Shown: positions 18,823-26,965 of the stretch, one piece after another
How the letters are laid out: each line of letters starts with the position of its first letter
How positions within the stretch are numbered: the first letter of the stretch is position 1
IMG/VR virus record: IMGVR_UViG_3300008459_000051
Coordinates: 1-57,875 of that record
DNA length: 57,875 nt
Direction: 5' to 3' (one strand)
From: a virus
Taxonomy: Duplodnaviria > Caudoviricetes
Position numbers and translations under genes: made by a program
Notes under the pieces: model-generated
What the model saw: the letters and a program-made list of their open reading frames with translations, nothing else
The model's database searches: none
Told to the model about the DNA's origin: nothing

Positions 18823-20009
18823 CAGTAGCTCCTGCTGGAAGCAAAGCCTGCCGGCCCGCCGTTGTTGCCCTGCTTAGGCACCCACACAAGATCACCAGCA
18901 TTCAGCTTGGAGGAAGCGAACCCGTTGAACTGCATGAGCTGCTGCCAGTTGTCCGGGGTGCCGTAGTAGCGGGTCGAGACATCGCGCAGGTCCATGTTCT
19001 GCGATGCCACAAAGGACGCCGAAAGCTCCTGCTGAAGCTGCTGCTCCAAGGCGTAGCGGGTCAAGGCGTTGTTGTAGCGCACGCTCTGGACTGCGTTGTT
19101 GAAGGACCGCTGCACGCTGTTGCCGGCGATCTGGATGCCCATGGGCGCATCATCCTGCATGCCCCACGCCCCGAACTCCACGCAGTCCGCCAAGGAGCGA
19201 TCTACAGCCGTGCCAAGAGTCTGAGAGGCAGAGACAACCAACCCACTGGCCGAGGCCGCTATTCGCCGCGCAGCGTCAAAGGGAGCCTGCGCGTAGGTCG
19301 CCACAGAGGATGTCGCGTTGTAGATGACTTCGGCAGCGCGAGTAGTTCCTTCATCAAACGCAGTTACGGACTGCAATAAGGTATTGCTAAACGTCAAACT
19401 CGCTTCTTGGAGCAGCTCAAACGCGGTGGCTGTGGCTGTGGAAACATTCTGAGCTTGTTGCAGCGCCTGCACCGCCTGATCTGCCAAGTTGGGGGCGTTC
19501 TGCTGGGCCGTAGGAACCACAGCCTCATTCTGAGAGAGGACCGAGAAGTCCATCTCCCATTCGCAGTCATGCACGTTGTTCCAGTGCTGCGTAAAGCTGG
19601 TGATGTGCCCAACCCGCTGCAACCCAGCCCAAGAGAGGGTGATCCTCCTGCCCATTCGGCGCATGTCGTCGACACGCTGCACAAGATCAGATACCGAGGC
19701 GATTGCCGCCGATGTGGTCAAGGTGCTCTGTATGGCTGCTCGCAACTGAGTAACTTCGGCCCCAATAAAGCGGGCCGCACCAGTGCCCTGAATGAACCGA
19801 TCCTTCCAGTAGCCACGAAGGGTAATCACACCCTCCTCTGGCCCAAGCATCTGAACCGTGGCCTCGGGATTGCCTGGATACCAAGTGAACTCGGCCCGCT
19901 GCTTTCCTGAGATGGTCAAGGGGCGATAAGGCAGCGCCCTCTCGCGCAACTCCAAGGTTACGCCCCCCTCTTCGATCAGCGAGAATGTAGATGCCTCTGA
20001 TTCAGCCAT
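18822..20009 (-). CDS. tail tube initiator with C-terminal LysM/gpX-like domain
   Basis: DLRDVSTRYYGTPDNWQQLMQFNG...LNAGDLVWVP; follows tape measure. Confidence 0.7.
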   Translation of the reverse strand: MAESEASTFSLIEEGGVTLELRERALPYRPLTISGKQRAEFTWYPGNPEATVQMLGPEEGVITLRGYWKDRFIQGTGAARFIGAEVTQLRAAIQSTLTTSAAIASVSDLVQRVDDMRRMGRRITLSWAGLQRVGHITSFTQHWNNVHDCEWEMDFSVLSQNEAVVPTAQQNAPNLADQAVQALQQAQNVSTATATAFELLQEASLTFSNTLLQSVTAFDEGTTRAAEVIYNATSSVATYAQAPFDAARRIAASASGLVVSASQTLGTAVDRSLADCVEFGAWGMQDDAPMGIQIAGNSVQRSFNNAVQSVRYNNALTRYALEQQLQQELSASFVASQNMDLRDVSTRYYGTPDNWQQLMQFNGFASSKLNAGDLVWVPKQGNNGGPAGFASSRSY

Positions 20010-20021
20010 GACACTCTTTCG

Positions 20022-21863
20022 CTAGGGGGCAAACGTCGGAGTCATCTGCGACTGCATCTTCATCTCGCCCACACGGGCCAGATCCGTTGCGAACGCCACT
20101 GCTATCCGGTCAGGATCAAACCCTTCCGCAAAGGCTTGGTTGATGTCGAACCGGCTGTAGCGGAAGTCTTGGTAAACACTGCTGCGGTCTTTAGGCGCAC
20201 CCTCTCGCTTAGGAAGGCCACCTTCCGCCAAGATCTCTGGCTTGGTTTGTTTGCGCCACATCTCGCGAGCAAACGCGCCCTGTTCCATCAACCAGTTGAG
20301 TGGGCTGAACCCAAGCAGATCCTTACCTGCGCCCATCATAGATTTAGAAAATTGCTCTAGCCCAGGTATGGACGCCATCTTGGTGCCCACCCAGTTCATA
20401 AACTGCTGAGACTTTTCAAACAGCAGCTTAAACGCAATGACCACGCCGACAACAAGATTGCCTGCGCCTTCAGAGATCGCGTCCATGGCGTTCTTTATCA
20501 TTGGCATATCTAGGATCTTGGTCAGCTCGGTTGCCGCTATCTTCTGCGATTCAAAGAACTTGGCACCCTCCACGACAAACATCATGTCCCAAGCAGACTT
20601 GAGCGTGCCGAAAACAGAAACAGCATCACGCGCAGTTGCCGGGAGTGCGGCGCCGGCTTTGTTAACAGCCTCCATAGCAAGCCGCAGCCTGTCTGCCGAA
20701 GTTAACAACTTAGGGTCGCTCCACTGTCGCGACGTATAACCAGTAAACTGCTCCAAGAACTTATACATTGACGTAGTGGTACGAACATGCCCCTCAAGCA
20801 TCTCGACCATCTGTGTTGCCGCTACTCCTGGCGCTTTCCCTAGGTTGATGGCCAATGCAGAATACTTTGAGATGAAGTCAACAAACTGCTTCATGTCCTT
20901 CTGTCCGCCTGACAAGGCAGAAGGAAGTGTGCGCGAAAACACATCGATGTAGTCCTTGGCTTCACCCGGCAGTTTGGCGGCCAGTTCCACCATCTGTCCC
21001 ATCAACTTGCGGGAAAGATCTTCGGCTTTTGAATAGCTAGATTCAACGCCGCGAGTGAAAATAGAGCCGGCAATAGCTGCGGTTTGCTGCTCATACTGAG
21101 CGCCAAGGTCTGCAACCTTGCTGAAGAACCCAGTGGCCGCATTACGCGCCATGTCTAGGCCAGCCGTTACCAGATTGGCTGTGACTCCAGCGCCGACCAA
21201 AGTTCCAAAAATGCCGCTTTTTTTAGATTCGCGCTGTTCCTTCTCTTGTGCATTCTGCTTTTCTCGCTCAACACGACGAGTCTCCCGAATGGCGGCATCT
21301 GCCAACCGATGCTCAAGCGCAGTACGTTGAAGGGCCAAGCGCTCGGCGTGCATCCGCTCTCTTGCCATTGACGCTTCCTTGAAGCGTTCAGCGCGGGCGG
21401 TTTCACGAACAGCTGCGTCGGCTGCTCGGATTTGGGCGTTCTTATGCTTCTGCTCTGCAAGAATGGCAGAAGCGGAGGCCTTCTGAGCTGCTACAAGCTC
21501 TTCTTGGCGTGCCTTTTGTTGTGCTAACGCGGACTTCTCAGCGCCCTTAACAACCTCAAGCTGCGCTCGGTTTGCTGATCTTTGCTGCTCTAATGCGGAA
21601 GCATCAGCAGCCCGTTGCGTCTGAAGTAAAGAGCGCTCAACAGCTTTCTGAGCAGAGACGGCGGATTGTGCGCTCTCACTTGCAGCAGCCCCAATGCCGC
21701 CGCCGCCTCTGCCGCCTGCCGCTTTTCGCAATTTCTCAAGAGCCTGAGCTGCGTCGTGGGCATTAACTTCAATGCTGACAAGCTGCTCATTGACCTTTGA
21801 CAACCCAGGACTGAGGTTGTCCTTTAGCTCAAGGAACGTAGAAATTGTGACTTGATCGGCCAT
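20022..21863 (-). CDS. tape measure protein
   Basis: 613 aa helical Ala-rich; LELKDNLS N-terminus; follows chaperones. Confidence 0.75.
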   Translation of the reverse strand: MADQVTISTFLELKDNLSPGLSKVNEQLVSIEVNAHDAAQALEKLRKAAGGRGGGGIGAAASESAQSAVSAQKAVERSLLQTQRAADASALEQQRSANRAQLEVVKGAEKSALAQQKARQEELVAAQKASASAILAEQKHKNAQIRAADAAVRETARAERFKEASMARERMHAERLALQRTALEHRLADAAIRETRRVEREKQNAQEKEQRESKKSGIFGTLVGAGVTANLVTAGLDMARNAATGFFSKVADLGAQYEQQTAAIAGSIFTRGVESSYSKAEDLSRKLMGQMVELAAKLPGEAKDYIDVFSRTLPSALSGGQKDMKQFVDFISKYSALAINLGKAPGVAATQMVEMLEGHVRTTTSMYKFLEQFTGYTSRQWSDPKLLTSADRLRLAMEAVNKAGAALPATARDAVSVFGTLKSAWDMMFVVEGAKFFESQKIAATELTKILDMPMIKNAMDAISEGAGNLVVGVVIAFKLLFEKSQQFMNWVGTKMASIPGLEQFSKSMMGAGKDLLGFSPLNWLMEQGAFAREMWRKQTKPEILAEGGLPKREGAPKDRSSVYQDFRYSRFDINQAFAEGFDPDRIAVAFATDLARVGEMKMQSQMTPTFAP

Positions 21864-21874
21864 GTCTTGGTTCC

Positions 21875-22084
21875 TTAGCCCATGTCATGGGAAAACTTAC
21901 CTGCGTCGTTTTCCTCACTGACAATCTTTGCCACACTTCGGGCCAGCCGATCTAGCTCCCTTAAAGTCAGCCGCTTCAATTCACTGATCGGCTGGTTGCC
22001 ATAGCGGCCAACGTAGGCGATCTGATTCCAGATGCGGGACTCAACAGCCTCTGAGCGCTCATAGGCAGTCCCGATGTCACTCAC
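21875..22084 (-). CDS. tail assembly chaperone, downstream (-1 frame) part
   Basis: Frame stays open back to the T TTT TTC slippery site of the upstream chaperone. Confidence 0.7.
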   Translation of the reverse strand: MSDIGTAYERSEAVESRIWNQIAYVGRYGNQPISELKRLTLRELDRLARSVAKIVSEENDAGKFSHDMG

Positions 22085-22125
22085 ACGAACTCCTAGAGTG
22101 TATCGGGACTGCCGTTTTGAGTTGC

Positions 22126-22494
22126 TTAGACGCTGGACGTGCGCGAGGCGAAAAAATCCTCCACCTCGTCATCGTTTGCCAGGTTCAGCTTCACCCAAGC
22201 AGATGCCACAAGCGTGCGGACCTTGGGGTGCATTGAGGTCCAAGCAGCATCAACAGAGCCATCGCCAATGCGAACGGTCTCCCCGTTGATCTCCACGATA
22301 GACTGCTTGGCCATCTCCTGAGCCCGCTTGTCCGGTGCGCCCTTGCACCGAGCCTCTGCCTTCAGCTCCTCTTCAGCCGTGATCTCCACCATTCCGATGG
22401 AGCGAACCTCGCCAGGGACGCTGGCAGGCACGTTGAAGCGATGCACCACACGATCCTGCTGACCCAGACCCAACTTCTGCTCAAATGCGTTCAT
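22126..22494 (-). CDS. tail assembly chaperone
   Basis: Between tube and tape measure; ends EDFF encoded over a T6 run. Confidence 0.75.
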   Translation of the reverse strand: MNAFEQKLGLGQQDRVVHRFNVPASVPGEVRSIGMVEITAEEELKAEARCKGAPDKRAQEMAKQSIVEINGETVRIGDGSVDAAWTSMHPKVRTLVASAWVKLNLANDDEVEDFFASRTSSV

Positions 22495-22533
22495 GTTTGT
22501 TCCCCTGCGGATTGAGGATGGTTGACTTGCCTA

Positions 22534-22965
22534 CTAGCCAATGCGCTTGAAGTCCGAGCAGCTGCCCGAGATCTTGAAGGATGCGTAGTCAGAGCGGCTG
22601 CCGACGTTGAACGGCAGGTCCGCAAAGAACACATCCTTCAGCACGATGCGCGGGCGCTGCCCATTCGGGTACTGAAGCGTGGCTATGATGTTGATGACCG
22701 TTCCCGGCGTGCGGCGCTGGGCTCGATCCTTCACGGCCTCAAGGAATGCGAACACTCCCTCATCCTCGGTGTGAACTTCCAGCTCAACACCGCAGCCCTT
22801 GAAAATCTCGTCGAAACGGTTAGTGGTCTCGCCCAGATAGCCCTCTTCCACCTTGTCGAAGTTGGGCGTGATGCTGAAGTTCTTGACATCGGTCAGCGAG
22901 ATTTGCTGAGCGCCGTTAACCAGCACTGCCACAAAAATCTCCTGCCCCTTTAAACGCTGCGCCAT
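22534..22965 (-). CDS. tail tube protein
   Basis: 143 aa beta-rich, GGAG RBS, directly upstream of chaperones and tape measure. Confidence 0.75.
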   Translation of the reverse strand: MAQRLKGQEIFVAVLVNGAQQISLTDVKNFSITPNFDKVEEGYLGETTNRFDEIFKGCGVELEVHTEDEGVFAFLEAVKDRAQRRTPGTVINIIATLQYPNGQRPRIVLKDVFFADLPFNVGSRSDYASFKISGSCSDFKRIG

Positions 22966-22976
22966 GACGAATCTCC

Positions 22977-23017
22977 ATAAAGCAAAAGCGCGCAGAGCCT
23001 CTCGGCATCCTGCGCGC
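22977..23017 (-). terminator. terminator-like hairpin upstream of tube gene
   Basis: Minus strand GCGCGCAG-GAT-GCC-GAGA-GGC-T-CTGCGCGC followed by TTTTGCTTTAT. Confidence 0.5.
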
Positions 23018-23239
23018 CCTATCCGTTCGCCCCGTGCGAACGTGTAGCGTGCGCCCTATTCGGGCATGGGGGCAAAGTACCCTTAGATAGCCCTCGGGTC
23101 AAGGGAGACAAGCGCACCGGAGGGCCGGCACGGGCAGGAAGGGGGTGCTGGAGGGAAGGGATGCACCAGCCCGCACTAGGCGAGAGGGGAGCGGCTTGGC
23201 TCGGGTGCGCTTGTCTATCTCCAGTCTAGTGCAACTCGC

Positions 23240-23431
23240 TTACTTTTTCCCCTTCTTTGCCTTCCCGTACTTCCTCATGGTCTTCTCGTCTTGGCGCTTG
23301 TACTCAGGCAGCTTCTTGAGCTTGCTCTTCGGAGTCTCTGCCACGAACTTCTCGGCAGTACCTTCCGGCACCTCTCCGCGCTTCTGGGCTGCGAAGAGAA
23401 ATCTCATCTGAGCCTTCGACTTTAACGGCAC
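23240..23431 (-). CDS. small Lys-rich phage protein
   Basis: AGGAG RBS; MPLKSKAQMRFLFA...ETPK..KLPE pattern recalled from other phages. Confidence 0.7.
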   Translation of the reverse strand: MPLKSKAQMRFLFAAQKRGEVPEGTAEKFVAETPKSKLKKLPEYKRQDEKTMRKYGKAKKGKK

Positions 23432-23440
23432 TTGGCGCTC

Positions 23441-23653
23441 CTACTGAATGGTGCTGGTCTCGTGGCCAAAGCACACGGCATCCAGCACAATGAAGCCATG
23501 CTCCCTCAAGAGCGGCGCATCGCATGATGCACACACCGGCTTGGGCTGGCAAAGGCAGTCACGCTCATCCACCTCATCCCAACGGTGCGTGTCCACGCCC
23601 CCGTTGTGAGCCCAGATGATCGTCTCGTTCTTATGGCAAGCAGCGCAACGCAT
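23441..23653 (-). CDS. small Cys-rich hypothetical protein
   Basis: CAAC, CLC, CASC; AGGA RBS. Confidence 0.5.
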   Translation of the reverse strand: MRCAACHKNETIIWAHNGGVDTHRWDEVDERDCLCQPKPVCASCDAPLLREHGFIVLDAVCFGHETSTIQ

Positions 23654-23720
23654 GGGCGCATCCTAGTGCCAAAAAGATTAAGAGGCCACACGGGGTTAGC
23701 GTGTAGCCTCTTTACTCTAT

Positions 23721-23794
23721 TGGTGGAGCGAGCGGGATTTGAACCCGCAAAACCGCCGTGCAAGGGCAGCAGTTTACCGTTAGCTTATCGCCCC
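23721..23794 (-). tRNA. trnA: tRNA-Ala(TGC)
   Basis: 74-nt cloverleaf GGGGCGA/TCGCTCC with G3.U70 Ala identity pair, anticodon TGC, GTTCAA T loop, A73-CCA. Confidence 0.92.
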
Positions 23795-23811
23795 AAGTTG
23801 TCCAAATGCTT

Positions 23812-24525
23812 CTACCCCACTCCCACTTCCGGCGCAATAGAAGAAGCGACGTAGGCCAAGGTGCGCTCTGTCTTAGGGTCCACCTCTCCCGTGGCCGGCA
23901 GCTTCCATGCTCTCTGGAAGGCCATGATGGACTGCTGGGAGCGGGGGCCGATCTTGCCATCTACCTCGCCTGAGTAGAGCTTCAGGAAGGCAAGGCACTC
24001 CTGGACTTCCTTCTCATCGAGCTTCAGCTCAGGGCCGTAGATGGCTTGGATGCGAGCATCTGCTGCTGCGCTGGTGTTGGTGCTCTTGGGGCTGTACTGA
24101 GCGATGAGTGCAGGCCCTTCTGAGCCAAGGTAGTTGTAGTGCCAGTCCTCGGAGCCCCGCTTGTTGTCCTTCCTGTGGCAGTACCAGCCGAACCCGCGCA
24201 TGAAGGCATCCATGGTGATCTTGTCACCTCGGAAGGCGGGGAGCATGGCATCCACAGCCGCATCTATGGCGATGCCGTAGTTATGGAGGCTGAATCCGGG
24301 CGGCTGGACACCACTCTTCTCTTGCATGGCCTGCAAGGACTGCTCGGCGGTGCGGAACATGTCGCTGACACGGATGCGCTGCCCAAGGGCAGTCTCGGCT
24401 GCATGGAAGGCTGCGGCTGCATCTGGGTGCAGGCGGGCCATTCGCATGGGAAGCATGTCCTTCTGAGCGCCATAGATGCCCAGAACTGAGGGCAGGGTGG
24501 TCAGCTTGAGTGTGAGGCGTGCCAT
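23812..24525 (-). CDS. endolysin: M15 (VanY-like) peptidase plus peptidoglycan-binding domain
   Basis: SDMFR, PPGFSLHNYGIAID, EDWH; C-terminal VDGKIGPRSQ..IMAFQ...LPATG.VD..T; GGAGG RBS. Confidence 0.88.
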   Translation of the reverse strand: MARLTLKLTTLPSVLGIYGAQKDMLPMRMARLHPDAAAAFHAAETALGQRIRVSDMFRTAEQSLQAMQEKSGVQPPGFSLHNYGIAIDAAVDAMLPAFRGDKITMDAFMRGFGWYCHRKDNKRGSEDWHYNYLGSEGPALIAQYSPKSTNTSAAADARIQAIYGPELKLDEKEVQECLAFLKLYSGEVDGKIGPRSQQSIMAFQRAWKLPATGEVDPKTERTLAYVASSIAPEVGVG

Positions 24526-24580
24526 AAAGTCCTCCAAGAGCGATCCGCGCAACATTCTTGCGCGAAGGGGAAGATAAACC

Positions 24581-24619
24581 AAAAGAAGGAGGGCCACCCG
24601 GCGTCCCGAGTGACCCTCC
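24581..24619 (-). terminator. intrinsic terminator after coiled-coil fibre gene
   Basis: GGAGGGTCACTCGG-GACG-CCGGGTGGCCCTCC-TTCTTTT on minus strand. Confidence 0.75.
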
Positions 24620-24687
24620 CTGCCTGCTCCTTCTAGCCGGTTCCGCTGCCGTCTAGGGTGTTCAGGCAACCCTTGCCGAAGGCAGAA

Positions 24688-26580
24688 CTACGCCTTCAGT
24701 GCTGCCGGCAGCATGTGGACCTTCAGCTTGCTGCCGTGCTTGAAGCCGACCGGAACGGCCCACTTGCCGCTCGGAACGTCTGCGTACTTGGCGAACACGC
24801 CAGCGGCGCTTCCCAGGTACACGCGCTCGTCATCAGCAAAGGCGTTCAGCGCGCCCGAGGCGACTGCCGAGAGGCCAGCCATCACGACGCGAGCATTGCT
24901 GCCGCTCTTGGCATCAACGCAGCCGAAGGCGCCAGCGGCGTCCCAGGTTGCGGCTGCGCCAGCGGAGTCAACGAAGCAGCCAACGGTCGCTGCCGAGGCC
25001 ATGGTCTCGGCCAGCGAGGAGTGCGCGTGCTTGGCACCTGCGTCCACGAACTCGCCACCAACGAGGTCGCCGTCAACCTTCAGGTTGCCGCTGCCGTCGA
25101 TGGAGAGGTCCGGGCCGGTGGTGCGGAAGCTCAGGCTGTCGCCGTCAACGAACACCGGCTTGGCTGCCACGACCTTCGCGGAGACTGCGGTGCCGATCTT
25201 CTGCACGCCTGCGCCGAACGAGAGGTTCTCAGCGCGGCTGAAGATCACGAACTCCAGAGCTGCCGAGCCAACCGCTGCGGTGCCTGCGTTCGCGCAAACG
25301 AACGAGGTGCCGGGGGCTGCGCCAGCTGCCGAGGTGCTCTCGACGTAGACGTAGGAGCCTGCTGCATCAGCAGCCGCTGCCATGTCCGCAGCGCGAGCGA
25401 ACGCGCCACCAGCCTGAACAACGTAGATACCGCAGTCAACGTGAGCCGCGCCGTAGACCAGGACGCGGGCGCCAGCTGCGAGACCCTGTGCTGCCGAGAA
25501 GGCAACTGCATCTGCCGGCAGGGTCTGTGCGCCCTGAACGCGGTCGAATGCGTAGTCAACCGAGGTCTTGAAGGACAGACCCTGAACGCGAGCGTCAGCG
25601 TAGTCCTTGGCCTCCTGAAGGTTGGCAGCCTCTGCTGCCGTTGCACGGGAGACCTCATCAGCGAGGTCAGCCGCGATTGCAGCCTCTGCTGCCTCTGCAC
25701 GGGTGATCTCTGCCGTCAGGTCGCTGGTCAGCTGCGACTCAGCGGACTGTGCGCGGCTCTGCTCGGCTGCGATTGCAGCGGCGTTTGCGGCCTCTGCTGC
25801 GCGTGCGGTTGCTGCCTCTGCTGCGAGGTTTGCAGTCAGGGTGGCCTCTGCGCCCTCGGCCCGTGCCTGCTCTGCGCTGATGGCTGCGTTCGCTGCGTTG
25901 ATCGCGGCGATGCGTGCAGCCTGCTCGGCACCTTCTGCTGCCGTGGCGCGTGCGATCTCTGCGTTGAGCGATGCCGTCAGGGCGTCGTCAGCAGCGATGC
26001 GTGCGGCCTCTTCAGCGGACAGGTCCGCCGTCAGGCTGTTGATTGCGCTCTGGAGCGCCGCGTTGCTGGCGTTCTGGAGTGCATCAATCGACGCCTGGAG
26101 GGCTGCGTCTGCGTTCTGGCGAGCAGTGGCCTCAGAGCCCTCTGCTGCGATTGCACGGGCGATCTCTGCATCGAGGTCGCTGCGGAGAGCCGCATCGCCT
26201 GCGATACGAGCTGCCTGCTCGGTCGAGATCGCGGCCTGACGGTCGCTGATCTCGGTGTCGATACGCCCACCGAGAGCCGTGTCGGCTGCGGTGCGTGCGT
26301 TGGTCTCTGCCGTCAGCGATGCGCTGATCGCTGCATCAGCCGCAACGCGAGCCGCAGTCTCAGCGGTCAGGCTGTCGCCCAGAGCCGCCTCGGCCTGCGT
26401 TGCGCGTGCTGCCTCTGCATTGATGAGGTCGGTCATGTCACCGACTGCACCATCCAGCTGCCCCTTGTTGACTGCGTCCAGCGTCTGAACGCCGTTCGCA
26501 ACCTGGATGGTGTCGTTCGCGGTCTGCTCGATCAGCTGACCGTCCGCATCCAGAAAGAGAAACTTCTTTGCGTTTGCCAC
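24688..26580 (-). CDS. long Ala-rich coiled-coil fibre protein
   Basis: DAVNKGQL neck-like motif, AExARAxAAE repeats, AKDYAD, cement-like C-terminus; GTG start after AAGGAG. Confidence 0.8.
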   Translation of the reverse strand: MANAKKFLFLDADGQLIEQTANDTIQVANGVQTLDAVNKGQLDGAVGDMTDLINAEAARATQAEAALGDSLTAETAARVAADAAISASLTAETNARTAADTALGGRIDTEISDRQAAISTEQAARIAGDAALRSDLDAEIARAIAAEGSEATARQNADAALQASIDALQNASNAALQSAINSLTADLSAEEAARIAADDALTASLNAEIARATAAEGAEQAARIAAINAANAAISAEQARAEGAEATLTANLAAEAATARAAEAANAAAIAAEQSRAQSAESQLTSDLTAEITRAEAAEAAIAADLADEVSRATAAEAANLQEAKDYADARVQGLSFKTSVDYAFDRVQGAQTLPADAVAFSAAQGLAAGARVLVYGAAHVDCGIYVVQAGGAFARAADMAAAADAAGSYVYVESTSAAGAAPGTSFVCANAGTAAVGSAALEFVIFSRAENLSFGAGVQKIGTAVSAKVVAAKPVFVDGDSLSFRTTGPDLSIDGSGNLKVDGDLVGGEFVDAGAKHAHSSLAETMASAATVGCFVDSAGAAATWDAAGAFGCVDAKSGSNARVVMAGLSAVASGALNAFADDERVYLGSAAGVFAKYADVPSGKWAVPVGFKHGSKLKVHMLPAALKA

Positions 26581-26655
26581 TTGCCACTCCTTGCGGGGCA
26601 CCCCATGTGCCCCAGCTGGCTGGCCGAATGCCAGCCGGTCTTTTCTGCTTGCGGA

Positions 26656-26961
26656 TTAGCAGTCAGTTGCGCCCGAGAACTCGGGCAAAGTCTTGAGCCA
26701 TGCGTAGGCTGCGGGGTAGATGTCTCCCGTCAGCGAGGCCGTCTCGGTTCCATACTCAAAGAGCTTGACCGGCGCATCGCCGCGCTCCCGTGCAGCCGCG
26801 TCCTCGTACCACGCAACCAGCGGGTAGGTGGTCTGCGTGTCGACGCGAATGAACAGGATACGCGCATAGGCTTCCGGATAAACCACATCGGGAAGCGCCA
26901 CCTCGTCCGGGGATTCCGGGATGCGGTTGGGCGGAATGGTGAGCGAAACCTGAAGTGCCAT
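26656..26961 (-). CDS. small fibre-associated/assembly protein
   Basis: MALQ...AYAWLKTLPEFSGATDC; GGAGG RBS; follows large adhesin-like gene. Confidence 0.65.
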   Translation of the reverse strand: MALQVSLTIPPNRIPESPDEVALPDVVYPEAYARILFIRVDTQTTYPLVAWYEDAAARERGDAPVKLFEYGTETASLTGDIYPAAYAWLKTLPEFSGATDC

Positions 26962-26965
26962 GGGA

